Virus record (IMG/VR): IMGVR_UViG_3300020045_019965 | Coordinates: 1 to 24,228 of that record | From: a virus | Lineage: Duplodnaviria > Caudoviricetes | Strand: one strand, 5' to 3' | Length of the DNA: 24,228 nt | In this document: positions 1-7,534 of the stretch, piece after piece | How the letters are laid out: each line of letters opens with the position of its first letter | How positions within the stretch are numbered: position 1 is the stretch's first letter | The notes under the pieces: model-generated | The model's database searches: none | What the model saw: the letters and a program-made list of their open reading frames with translations, nothing else | What the model was told of the DNA's origin: nothing | Translations under genes and position numbers: made by a program

Positions 1-1
1 T

Positions 2-145
2 GAAGATGTAAACGGTAATGTAGTAGCCTTTGGCGGCCGTCGTGCTGATGAAGCTGAAGGCCCTAAATACATCAATAGTAAGGAAACCGAAATTTATTCT
101 AAGTCTAAAGTGCTGTATGGCCTGTTCCAGGCTAAAGTTGTTTAG
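2..145 (+). pseudogene. dnaG: DNA primase (DnaG-type) internal fragment, cut by the window start and by an inversion junction near 136
   Basis: Frame 2 reads EDVNGNVVAFGGRRADEAEGPKYINSKETEIYSKSKVLYGLFQAK, matching the DnaG catalytic-core motifs G-x-vvaFggR, pKYlNS-x-ET and LYgl-x-x-Ak. It stops (VV*) immediately afterwards. Confidence 0.88.
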
Positions 146-328
146 CAGGATCGAGAATAAAAAAAGACCTACCGTAATAAAGCCACTTATAAAAGCCATT
201 AGCTGGTAGTGGAAACGCGCCTGCAAAACGGTTGCAGTAAAGTGCTTGCGGGTAAATATGGCGGTGCAGCTTAGCGAAAATATTACTAAGGCCGCCAGTG
301 CGTATTGGGTGAAATCAATTAGTGTCAT
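137..328 (-). CDS. Small membrane protein with two hydrophobic segments; 3' end probably lost at the junction near 136
   Basis: ATG at 328 overlaps the end of the 315..836 gene and reads MTLIDFTQYALAALVIFSLSCTAIF...LMAFISGFITVGLFLFSILLNN. The frame has no stop before the window edge, so it is absent from the ORF track. Confidence 0.55.
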
Positions 329-836
329 TGTTGGATTGGTGTTGATTGTAGATGTTGTAAAACTCTGTTTTGGTAATTTCCTGAAATATACTGTCAGGTT
401 GTGGGTCAAATTCATCATCTATTCTTACCAGAATAATGCAGTCAAACACATCTAAATAAGGATAATTAAAAGGAGTGCCGTAAACCTGGCGCTTCTTCAA
501 AGGGAAAAGTTCAAGTGTTTTATGAAAACTCCAATTTGGTAGTTTATTAAAAAACTCAGCAATTTCTTTACCTTTTTTAGTGCGTTTATTAGGTTCAATA
601 AAACCGGTTTGTTTTGCAGGTTTCATTCCTTCTATAATTTCATCGCTTTTTATTCCACATATTTGTGGTATAGCGTTAAATGCTGATGTATAGGCTAAAT
701 ATTCAGGCCCCAACTCCTTACCGAAGAACTCTTCTACACTTTTCATATTCGTCTCCCGCTGGTCATGACGTTTTGTTACATAAGCCATTGCATCTTTGTA
801 AAGTGTACTATTTATGTCTGTTATTTTAAAATACAT
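315..836 (-). CDS. Hypothetical phage early protein (173 aa)
   Basis: ATG-started ORF tightly packed in the leftward early operon; no family recognised. Confidence 0.8.
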   Translation of the reverse strand: MYFKITDINSTLYKDAMAYVTKRHDQRETNMKSVEEFFGKELGPEYLAYTSAFNAIPQICGIKSDEIIEGMKPAKQTGFIEPNKRTKKGKEIAEFFNKLPNWSFHKTLELFPLKKRQVYGTPFNYPYLDVFDCIILVRIDDEFDPQPDSIFQEITKTEFYNIYNQHQSNNDTN

Positions 837-840
837 GTCT

Positions 841-1353
841 TTACTTTTTAGAGGTTATTGCTCTATAGGCGTTCAAAAATTCAGCTTCGGCTTTTGCAGG
901 GCTCCAGTACACACCATCGTGCCCGATTACACAATGTTTCCACTCCTGTTCCATCGCATATTTATCTGCGGCATCCACATATTTGTGTTTAGGGTATTCA
1001 AACCTGAATTTTGCCGCAATAATATGCATCAGGCGATGCTCTATACCTTTGTAATCAGGCAACAATGCTTTTAGCGGTGAGGGGATATCTAACATATAGG
1101 CTTCGGCAGCATCGTGCATTAGGGCATCAAACTTATGATCTGCAGGTGCAGCAAGCATTACCATGACGCTGTGCTGTGCCACGCTGTAAAAATGCTCTGT
1201 GTGCCCGGCAAAGCGCGGTATGTTAGCCAGTGCATGGGCAATGTCTTCAATCAGTATGGTGTCGGGGTGCATATCGGTATACGAGAAGTATTTGCCGCTA
1301 AAGGTGCGGATGCATCCGGGGGTGTAAAGGTTTTCAACTTGTGTTGTACTCAT
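841..1353 (-). CDS. HD-domain phosphohydrolase (YfbR/YfdR-like 5'-deoxynucleotidase family)
   Basis: Motifs EDIAHALA..RFAGH, YSVAQHSV, ALMHDAAEAY..DIPSPLK and a distal AD are typical of prophage HD hydrolases. Confidence 0.9.
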   Translation of the reverse strand: MSTTQVENLYTPGCIRTFSGKYFSYTDMHPDTILIEDIAHALANIPRFAGHTEHFYSVAQHSVMVMLAAPADHKFDALMHDAAEAYMLDIPSPLKALLPDYKGIEHRLMHIIAAKFRFEYPKHKYVDAADKYAMEQEWKHCVIGHDGVYWSPAKAEAEFLNAYRAITSKK

Positions 1354-1369
1354 TATATATGTTGTTTGG

Positions 1370-1963
1370 TTATACTAATATCATTTCGTCCATTGCCATG
1401 CGCACAAGCCCTGTAATGCTGTTAACGCCTGCATGGCGGAATATTTTACGTTTATGGCTGTCGAGGGTGGCAGGGGCTATGCAAAGCTTATCAGCTACTA
1501 CTTTATCAGGTTCATCTGTTGCCAGGAGCTGTATAACCTGCAATTGGCGTTCAGTAATGGGTTTGCCTGCAAGGGTTATGCTTTTGGTTTCCCACTTAAG
1601 GCAGCGGCACGATGCACCACACACAAAGTTTTCAGGTTGGCCGGCATTACCCAGGGTATCAAAATCAGGGTTATGGTCTGCCGTGCCATACAGGCAAAAA
1701 GCGTATTCTTCAAGGGCTTCATCTTCCGGAAGGTGGCGCAGGTCGAAAAGTGCCACGACATCGCTACGGTACTTTTTATTGATCTCTGCTTTAAGTACCG
1801 GGTGCAGGTTTGCAAAGGGCACCGTGTTGCCGTTTGTAATAGCATATACGCGGCGGGTTTCGCGCACCCCTATAAGCTCTGTGTTATGGTCGCCGGGTAA
1901 TATTCCGGCTATAACACGGCAGGCTTGTGCAGGTTGTTTAAAATCTGTAGATTTGCTGAGCAT
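1370..1963 (-). CDS. Transcriptional regulator with C-terminal LuxR/GerE HTH and Cys-containing N-terminal domain
   Basis: The C-terminus ITERQLQVIQLLA...DKVVADKLCIAPATLDSHKRKIFRHAGVNS matches the LuxR HTH pattern. The N-terminal part has FCLYG and CGASCRC. Confidence 0.88.
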   Translation of the reverse strand: MLSKSTDFKQPAQACRVIAGILPGDHNTELIGVRETRRVYAITNGNTVPFANLHPVLKAEINKKYRSDVVALFDLRHLPEDEALEEYAFCLYGTADHNPDFDTLGNAGQPENFVCGASCRCLKWETKSITLAGKPITERQLQVIQLLATDEPDKVVADKLCIAPATLDSHKRKIFRHAGVNSITGLVRMAMDEMILV

Positions 1964-2029
1964 AATAAGATATTATTAGAAGTGATTAATTTTTATGCAC
2001 CGCCCGAAGTTTCCGCTTCGGGTTTTTTT
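1948..2029 (+). ncRNA. Predicted short antisense RNA unit (promoter plus terminator) opposite the start of the LuxR-type gene
   Basis: TAGATTTG (-7 consensus) at 1948-1955, then hairpin CCCGAAG (2003-2009) / CTTCGGG (2016-2022) followed by T7 (2023-2029) on the + strand. Confidence 0.45.
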
Positions 2030-2271
2030 ATGCCTAATAGTTCATCGCGCTCATTAATTTCTTTCTTCCTGGAGGCGGCGACATCAAACAATGCTTTTTC
2101 TATATCTGGATTTTGCCTGTCGCCGGTAAGTACATATGAAATTGCAGCTCCTGTATGGGGTTCGCCCTTACGGTTTACCACCATTCTTTTTGTAAGCAAT
2201 GCTTTAACCTCAGTACAGTAATTATTACCCAGCAATAATTTTAGTGCCTTTGTTTGTTCCGGTGTAATCAT
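1993..2271 (-). CDS. Cro-like small DNA-binding protein (92 aa)
   Basis: Small basic ORF, first gene of the leftward operon and divergent from the repressor. It has an HTH-like segment, GAAISYVLTGDRQNPDIEKA. Confidence 0.65.
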   Translation of the reverse strand: MITPEQTKALKLLLGNNYCTEVKALLTKRMVVNRKGEPHTGAAISYVLTGDRQNPDIEKALFDVAASRKKEINERDELLGIKKPEAETSGGA

Positions 2272-2306
2272 GGAAAAACATTATTTAGAATTAATATTAT
2301 TTGTTG

Positions 2307-2387
2307 TAGATTTGTTATCATCTTGTTAAAGCAAATATATTAACAATATTGATATAATTACACAACATTGATAACTTTTTTTATCAA
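2307..2387. promoter_or_regulatory. Lysis/lysogeny switch region: opposing TAnnTTTG promoters and operator-like repeats
   Basis: TAGATTTG on + (2307-2314) and TATATTTG on - (2339-2332). Repeats ACAATATTGATA (2343-2354), ACAACATTGATA (2362-2373) and inverted ACAAGATGATAA (2326-2315). Inverted pair TTGATAA (2368-2374) / TTATCAA (2381-2387). Confidence 0.65.
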
Positions 2388-2389
2388 AA

Positions 2390-2845
2390 ATGAGTACACA
2401 AGGGGAAAGATTACGGGAATATCTTGAAAGTCAACATGATAACATGACAAAATTTTGCGAAGAAAATGAGATTTCGCAAAATTCGCTGAGTGCAGTATTC
2501 AATAATAAGCGGCCTTTAGGCATGGAATTCTTCATGAAAGTGAAAAAAGCCGAACCTAATATGGATGCAAATTATATATTGGACGGTAAAGCTCTTATCA
2601 ATATTGATAAATCGCATAATGGTGACTTAGGTACAGCAGAAGATCCTATTGAAAATTTATTCTTAACTTATTTAAGCAAACCAAAATCGATAGACATAAT
2701 GAAAGAACAAGTTAGAGAGGTGCTAATGCAACTGGGCGACGGCCCCGAAGCGTTGCACATAACCCCGGGCGATGAGAATAGCCCACTGATGGATAAGCTT
2801 AGCAAAATAGCAGAGCAGCACACAAAAAAAAGGGATAGCAAATAA
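2390..2845 (+). CDS. CI-like repressor, XRE-type HTH N-terminus, no S24 peptidase domain
   Basis: GERLREYLE...MTKFCEENEISQNSLSAVFNNKRPLG...PNMDANYILDGKA is an XRE HTH pattern. The gene is divergent from the Cro-like gene and lies next to the integrase. Confidence 0.8.
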   Translation: MSTQGERLREYLESQHDNMTKFCEENEISQNSLSAVFNNKRPLGMEFFMKVKKAEPNMDANYILDGKALINIDKSHNGDLGTAEDPIENLFLTYLSKPKSIDIMKEQVREVLMQLGDGPEALHITPGDENSPLMDKLSKIAEQHTKKRDSK

Positions 2846-2847
2846 TG

Positions 2848-3075
2848 CACTCCCCACAAACTACCCAATACAATTTGTAAGTAAATAATAATCAGGGATG
2901 TACTCGTGTAAATATGATACAGTCGAGGTCACTTTTTAATGATTTGCATAAGGCGATCAATTTACAGGATAACTGTAAGTTGGTCGCCTTTAGCGTTTTA
3001 GAAGCAACCGTAAAAAATTCCTTATATGTATCGTATTTTAAAAAACACGCAACACTCCCCAATCTACTCCCCAAT
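2848..3075. other. Probable attP site: arm-type repeats flanking a tRNA-3'-like core
   Basis: CACTCCCCA (2848-2856), CTACCCAAT (2861-2869), CACTCCCCAAT (3053-3063) and TACTCCCCAAT (3065-3075) flank CAGTCGAGGTCAC (2920-2932). The region sits directly upstream of the integrase. Confidence 0.6.
2950..2990 (+). terminator. Long hairpin, probable terminator downstream of the att core
   Basis: AAGGCGATCAATTTACAG - GATAA - CTGTAAGTTGGTCGCCTT forms an 18-bp stem whose two mismatches are both G-U pairs on the + strand. The U-tract is weak. Confidence 0.6.
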
Positions 3076-4228
3076 GAATTTTAGTGGAAAGTTAACATGC
3101 AAAATCGTGCAGAAAACAGACAGGATACGTAAAGACGGCACAGGACCCATTTATGCCCAGGTATTCCTGAATGGTGAAAAGAAAATGCTTCCGGTACATT
3201 TAAGTGTAGTACCTACCGACTTTGATAAGCTTAAGCAGCGGGTAAAAAAGTCGCACCCGCTATATCAGGATTATAATATGATTATTGAAAAAATGCTGGG
3301 CGATATAAACACCATAGAGATAAACTACAGGCTGGGTAATGTGGCCCTGAATATCGAAAAGCTGGAGATAGAAATAAAACACCCGTCTTCGCGGCTTGAC
3401 TTTGTGGCATTCTGGGAACAGGAAATGGAGAGGCAAAAGGAAATTTTAAAGCCAGGCACGTATCGCCAGCAAATGACTATGCTGCAAAAGCTTAAGGATT
3501 ATAAAGGCACAGTACTATTTAAAGACATCAATGAAGATTTTTTGATAGCGCTAAAAAAACACTTCAAAAAGAAGCTTAGAAACCAGGATAATACCATTGC
3601 ATCATTTGTGAAATCTTTTAAAAAATATCTGCACATAGCCGAAAAAAGAGGTATTGTAACGCCTTTGGCTTACGATGACATACAGGTAAAAAGCTTTAAT
3701 AGCGATCGTACCTACCTGAATGCTGTAGAACTGCGCAACCTTAACGAGTTTTGGCACAGTGAATTTATTTCAGCTACCCACAAAGTAATATTGGCGCAAT
3801 TCCTGTTCTCCTGCTTTACCGGCCTGCGCTTTACTGATGTGCAGCGTCTAAGCCCTGATAACTTTATTGATAATGTGCTGGTATTTAGTGCCGAAAAAAC
3901 AGCCAAACTACAGCGCGTGACCCTCAGTAATAGTGCCCTGCAGTATGTAGATCCCATACACATGTTTGGCGCGAACTTTACCAACGAATTTATAAATAGG
4001 GAACTAAAAGTGATTTGTAAATTCAGGGGCATTAGCAAACATGTAAGCTTTCACGTTTCCCGGCACACCTTTGCTACAAATTTCCTGATATCAGGCGGGA
4101 GGGTAGAGCATCTGCAAAAACTACTGGGGCATTCTAACATACGTGAAACTATGGTGTACGTACACATTGTAGAAAGCATAACAGACACGCAGGTGCATAA
4201 AATGGATGATCTGCTAAAAAGCGAGTAA
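3074..4228 (+). CDS. int: Tyrosine integrase (arm-binding, SAM-like and catalytic domains)
   Basis: Catalytic motifs FTGLRFTD, HVSRHTFAT, LLGHSNI and TMVYVH are present. N-terminal RKDGTGPIYAQV is typical of Bacteroidetes arm-binding domains. ATG 3074 is preferred over 3026, which would read through the arm repeats. Confidence 0.96.
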   Translation: MNFSGKLTCKIVQKTDRIRKDGTGPIYAQVFLNGEKKMLPVHLSVVPTDFDKLKQRVKKSHPLYQDYNMIIEKMLGDINTIEINYRLGNVALNIEKLEIEIKHPSSRLDFVAFWEQEMERQKEILKPGTYRQQMTMLQKLKDYKGTVLFKDINEDFLIALKKHFKKKLRNQDNTIASFVKSFKKYLHIAEKRGIVTPLAYDDIQVKSFNSDRTYLNAVELRNLNEFWHSEFISATHKVILAQFLFSCFTGLRFTDVQRLSPDNFIDNVLVFSAEKTAKLQRVTLSNSALQYVDPIHMFGANFTNEFINRELKVICKFRGISKHVSFHVSRHTFATNFLISGGRVEHLQKLLGHSNIRETMVYVHIVESITDTQVHKMDDLLKSE

Positions 4229-4253
4229 TGGTTTTCCATTACTCGCTTTTTTT
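4216..4253. terminator. Bidirectional intrinsic terminator between the integrase and the late operon
   Basis: Perfect 16-bp inverted repeat AAAAAGCGAGTAATGG-TTTT-CCATTACTCGCTTTTT between convergent genes. Confidence 0.9.
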
Positions 4254-6171
4254 ACAACACCAGCGCTACCAGTTCTAATTTGACCTCAAAATTATCCTGC
4301 GGCGTTTGTTTTGCTTCTGTACTGCGCACCAGGTATGCCTGCCTGCCCATATATACCCGCTGCACCTTGTTTATATTGTAGAGTTCCTGCCCGGTAAATG
4401 GCCCCGTAACGGTAATAACCGACCCGTTGATGCGTGCCTGCATTACCTTTTTCCAGTTTCGCGCATAAATACCGCCTGTACCAGTAATTGCTGTGGTGCG
4501 GCCGTTGTATTGCGGGCTAATAAATGGTTCTGTAAAACCATCAGCAGTATCAGGTTCGTATATCATCAGTCCAATGCCCTGTTTGTCTTCCATGGCATCG
4601 AGCGCAGCCGTCTTTCCGTTATGGTCAACGACTTTAAAGCCCAATTCTATCTTTTGCACCAGATCATTTTCAGGATCTATATTTTGCTGCAGGCCGTTAG
4701 CGTCAAAATATATATAGGCATCGGTATCGTTGCCGTATTTAAGCACAAAACCTGAGTATGGCGGCGGCGTATATTCTGAAAATGCCAGGGCATCGGTAAT
4801 GGGAACTTTGTAAGCAGACGTAAGTTCATCCTGAGCATAGTTAAAAGAGGCCGTTTTGCTTAGTTCATCAAAGTCTATCTTAAGTGCGAAAGTGTTTTTT
4901 AGTTGCTTAAGCAGTGTAGCCACATCCCATTCAGGGGCAAAACGGCCTAAATTAATAGTGGGATGCATCATGTAAAACGGCTTATACTCCCGGTTAAACA
5001 CAATATTAAGCGCCGGCAGAAGGCTATCATTATCATCATCTATACCATAATGAAAATAATAAGGGTTGCCGGCAGCATCTTCATCAATTTCTACTGTAAA
5101 TGTGCCCTGAAAGCCTAAGGTGCCGGGATCATTAAAGTTTTGGTAAACGGGGCTAAGGTCGCCAAACAATGGGCTGTTGCTCGCACCATGTAACAGGAAA
5201 CTTACGGGGCTGTTTTCGTAGGTGCCGCTACGCAGCGGTTCTGCGGACGCAAAAGAAAACACATAAGTGCCGGCATTGTCTAAAATTACCGATTTTCTGT
5301 AATATCGATTACCTAACAGAGTGCCCTCATTATTGAAATCATCAAAATGTATGGTTTCCGGAGATGGCCCCACCATCACTTTACAAAGGTTATTTTTTTG
5401 AGAGAGCAGCATTAGGCGGCAGATGAAAGGATCTGTGACAAATGCGCCTGTGATCTTCCAGCCCTGAGACGCAAAAACATACTCCAGCAGTCCTAACAGG
5501 AATAATTGCGGTGCGGCCACATTGCCGTTAAACACCACAACGTTATCGCCGGTTACAGTATAATAGTTGTGAATAAAATCTTCATTTATAGGGTTGTAGC
5601 GGTTAACAAATTTCTCATAAAAGTACCACTCATCACCAATCTCCGGAGCTTCATCAAAAAACTGGTTATCCCACCGCATCTGAGGGAAACCATATTTTAC
5701 CTCCGGGTATATTTTTCGGTTAAAATCTAAAGGATAAGTAGCCCAGTCCAGATAACCGGGCGTTGTTTCAGGGTACTCTTCTGTAAACGGCACGGGCGTA
5801 GGGTCGTTAATAATAGAAACAACCGGCAGCAGGTCGGCACATTTTACGGACATTACAGAAAGCAAGGTGCTCCCATACTTAAGATCGCATTTTCGGTATG
5901 CAGAAAGGTACGCGCTTACGGTAAGCTCGCCATAATATTGCTGCCCTGCCTGTACCACCACCACGGGCACTACCTTTTTTTTACGCACAGAGGCCAGGTC
6001 TTTAGGACCCAGTGCCTGTTTTGTTTTTTGGTTTTCTATAATCAGGAAAGGGTAATTACTGTACGTTGTGGTGAAATCAGTTATAAATGTGTTGTTTTCC
6101 TGCTTAAGGGTTAGCGTTTCGTTTACAAAATCAAGTTCGATGCCGTTTGCAAATATGCGTATGAGTGCCAT
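4252..6171 (-). CDS. Phage tail protein (tail-tip / hub-like), 639 aa
   Basis: Second gene after the tape measure protein. The N-terminus IFANGIELDF...LTLKQENNTF...YSNYPF and the segment P.W.VATLLKQLKNTF resemble Bacteroidetes phage tail proteins. The function call is mainly positional. Confidence 0.65.
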   Translation of the reverse strand: MALIRIFANGIELDFVNETLTLKQENNTFITDFTTTYSNYPFLIIENQKTKQALGPKDLASVRKKKVVPVVVVQAGQQYYGELTVSAYLSAYRKCDLKYGSTLLSVMSVKCADLLPVVSIINDPTPVPFTEEYPETTPGYLDWATYPLDFNRKIYPEVKYGFPQMRWDNQFFDEAPEIGDEWYFYEKFVNRYNPINEDFIHNYYTVTGDNVVVFNGNVAAPQLFLLGLLEYVFASQGWKITGAFVTDPFICRLMLLSQKNNLCKVMVGPSPETIHFDDFNNEGTLLGNRYYRKSVILDNAGTYVFSFASAEPLRSGTYENSPVSFLLHGASNSPLFGDLSPVYQNFNDPGTLGFQGTFTVEIDEDAAGNPYYFHYGIDDDNDSLLPALNIVFNREYKPFYMMHPTINLGRFAPEWDVATLLKQLKNTFALKIDFDELSKTASFNYAQDELTSAYKVPITDALAFSEYTPPPYSGFVLKYGNDTDAYIYFDANGLQQNIDPENDLVQKIELGFKVVDHNGKTAALDAMEDKQGIGLMIYEPDTADGFTEPFISPQYNGRTTAITGTGGIYARNWKKVMQARINGSVITVTGPFTGQELYNINKVQRVYMGRQAYLVRSTEAKQTPQDNFEVKLELVALVL

Positions 6172-6175
6172 AATT

Positions 6176-7534
6176 TTACGTTATTGGTGTGGTGCGCACG
6201 TTAGACATATTAGAAGGATTGCCATACTCTTCAAGATAAAAATACCAAACGCCTGGCGAAAGGCTGGTATTTATGTTTACCGTGCCTGTTGGTGCTGTCG
6301 GCGCAAAAATAACAAGTGAAGAATATGAAGCGGCATTAATGTATTTATACTTAACCCGAAGTTCCTGAGGGGTAAAGCCATTGTTAAACTTGTAATGGAA
6401 AACAAGATGCCCACTACCGTTATTGTCCAAGGCGGTAAACTCAATATTAGGCAGCTGCGGCGTGTTATAAATATAGCCACCATTATCTATATCTGTACCG
6501 CGGGCCCGGGTAAACACCAGGGCTTCGTCAAACTGGTGCTGGCGGTCTTTATGTGCCAGAATCTTTTTAGTACCGGTAACGACTGTAAGCCATTCGGTGC
6601 CGTTTTTAAGGCGGGTATCTGGGCTTGTAGCTACCATATTGATAATGCCCCGCTCTTTTGCTTTCAGGCTGCCGCTGTTGATGGCGTAGGTATCTTCCTG
6701 GTTAATCTCATATACTTTTTCTGTGTCATCCTGCAAGGTGTAAGTTTCTACGGTAAGGCCGTTGCTTAACTGCATTTCTCCATCCGGATAGGCATACATA
6801 TAAAACCCGAAATTATTCTGGAAAGCGATTTCTTTCACAGGGTAATCCGGTAAGCGGTTAATGCGGAAGGTGCGGCGCAAAATACTGGTGCCGTTTACCT
6901 GTATGTTTGCGTTTATATAAAGTACATTGTAGCTAAGCCCTACAGGGGCGAGGTCAAACTGGTAGAGGTATACAATGCCACCTTTTGCAATACTGATGCC
7001 CTTACTATCCAGCACGCTGCCCTGATCTGTAGTTAATGTAAGGCTCAGGTTTTGGGCAGTAGGCCCTACATAAAATGCAAATGCTATTTTACCATCAACA
7101 GGCACCACCATAGTTACATCATCAAAGCCAAGCAACTGTAGCGGGCTGCTAAAACTGAAGGATGCCGGCACAATGTTGTACATCATAAAAAAAGCGGGCA
7201 GGGTAATGCTCTGCACTTCTGCGCCGGTGCTTAGCGCATATTCTTTAACCACTACCTGCACCTGTTTTATAAGATGCGTTTGCGCCTGCAGCAGGTTTGT
7301 GAACGTGTTTAAGAAAACAGGCGAAAAATAAGCGTTGTACAATTTCTTCAGGTCATGCTCTGCCGTGTAGGCATCGGTACGGCTCCAACCCTGTTCATCA
7401 AACAGGGCGTTATCTATGTAAATAAAGGCGCGGTAATAAAAACCCTCGCCGTTGCTGGACTGTATTTTTATTACCGTATTATTTGCATCCAGCATAATAG
7501 CACCGGCCTGCGGGGTTTGTAGGGCTGTTATCAT
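6176..7534 (-). CDS. Phage tail protein (distal-tail-like) with C-terminal beta-sandwich extension, 452 aa
   Basis: Directly downstream of the TMP with a 4-nt overlap. It has the IAFQNNFGF motif, and the last ~90 aa look Ig/FN3-like. Confidence 0.6.
   Translation of the reverse strand: MITALQTPQAGAIMLDANNTVIKIQSSNGEGFYYRAFIYIDNALFDEQGWSRTDAYTAEHDLKKLYNAYFSPVFLNTFTNLLQAQTHLIKQVQVVVKEYALSTGAEVQSITLPAFFMMYNIVPASFSFSSPLQLLGFDDVTMVVPVDGKIAFAFYVGPTAQNLSLTLTTDQGSVLDSKGISIAKGGIVYLYQFDLAPVGLSYNVLYINANIQVNGTSILRRTFRINRLPDYPVKEIAFQNNFGFYMYAYPDGEMQLSNGLTVETYTLQDDTEKVYEINQEDTYAINSGSLKAKERGIINMVATSPDTRLKNGTEWLTVVTGTKKILAHKDRQHQFDEALVFTRARGTDIDNGGYIYNTPQLPNIEFTALDNNGSGHLVFHYKFNNGFTPQELRVKYKYINAASYSSLVIFAPTAPTGTVNINTSLSPGVWYFYLEEYGNPSNMSNVRTTPIT

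Noticed and set aside
841-1353. HD protein as DatZ, implying a 2-aminoadenine (Z) genome
   Set aside because: No purZ or mazZ in the window; the motifs fit the common prophage YfdR-like hydrolases.
1341-1979. Long opposite-strand or nested ORFs in the track (e.g. 1341..1979, 1433..1900, 15568..16113, 18605..19132)
   Set aside because: They are shadows of well-supported genes on the other strand and have no recognisable motifs.
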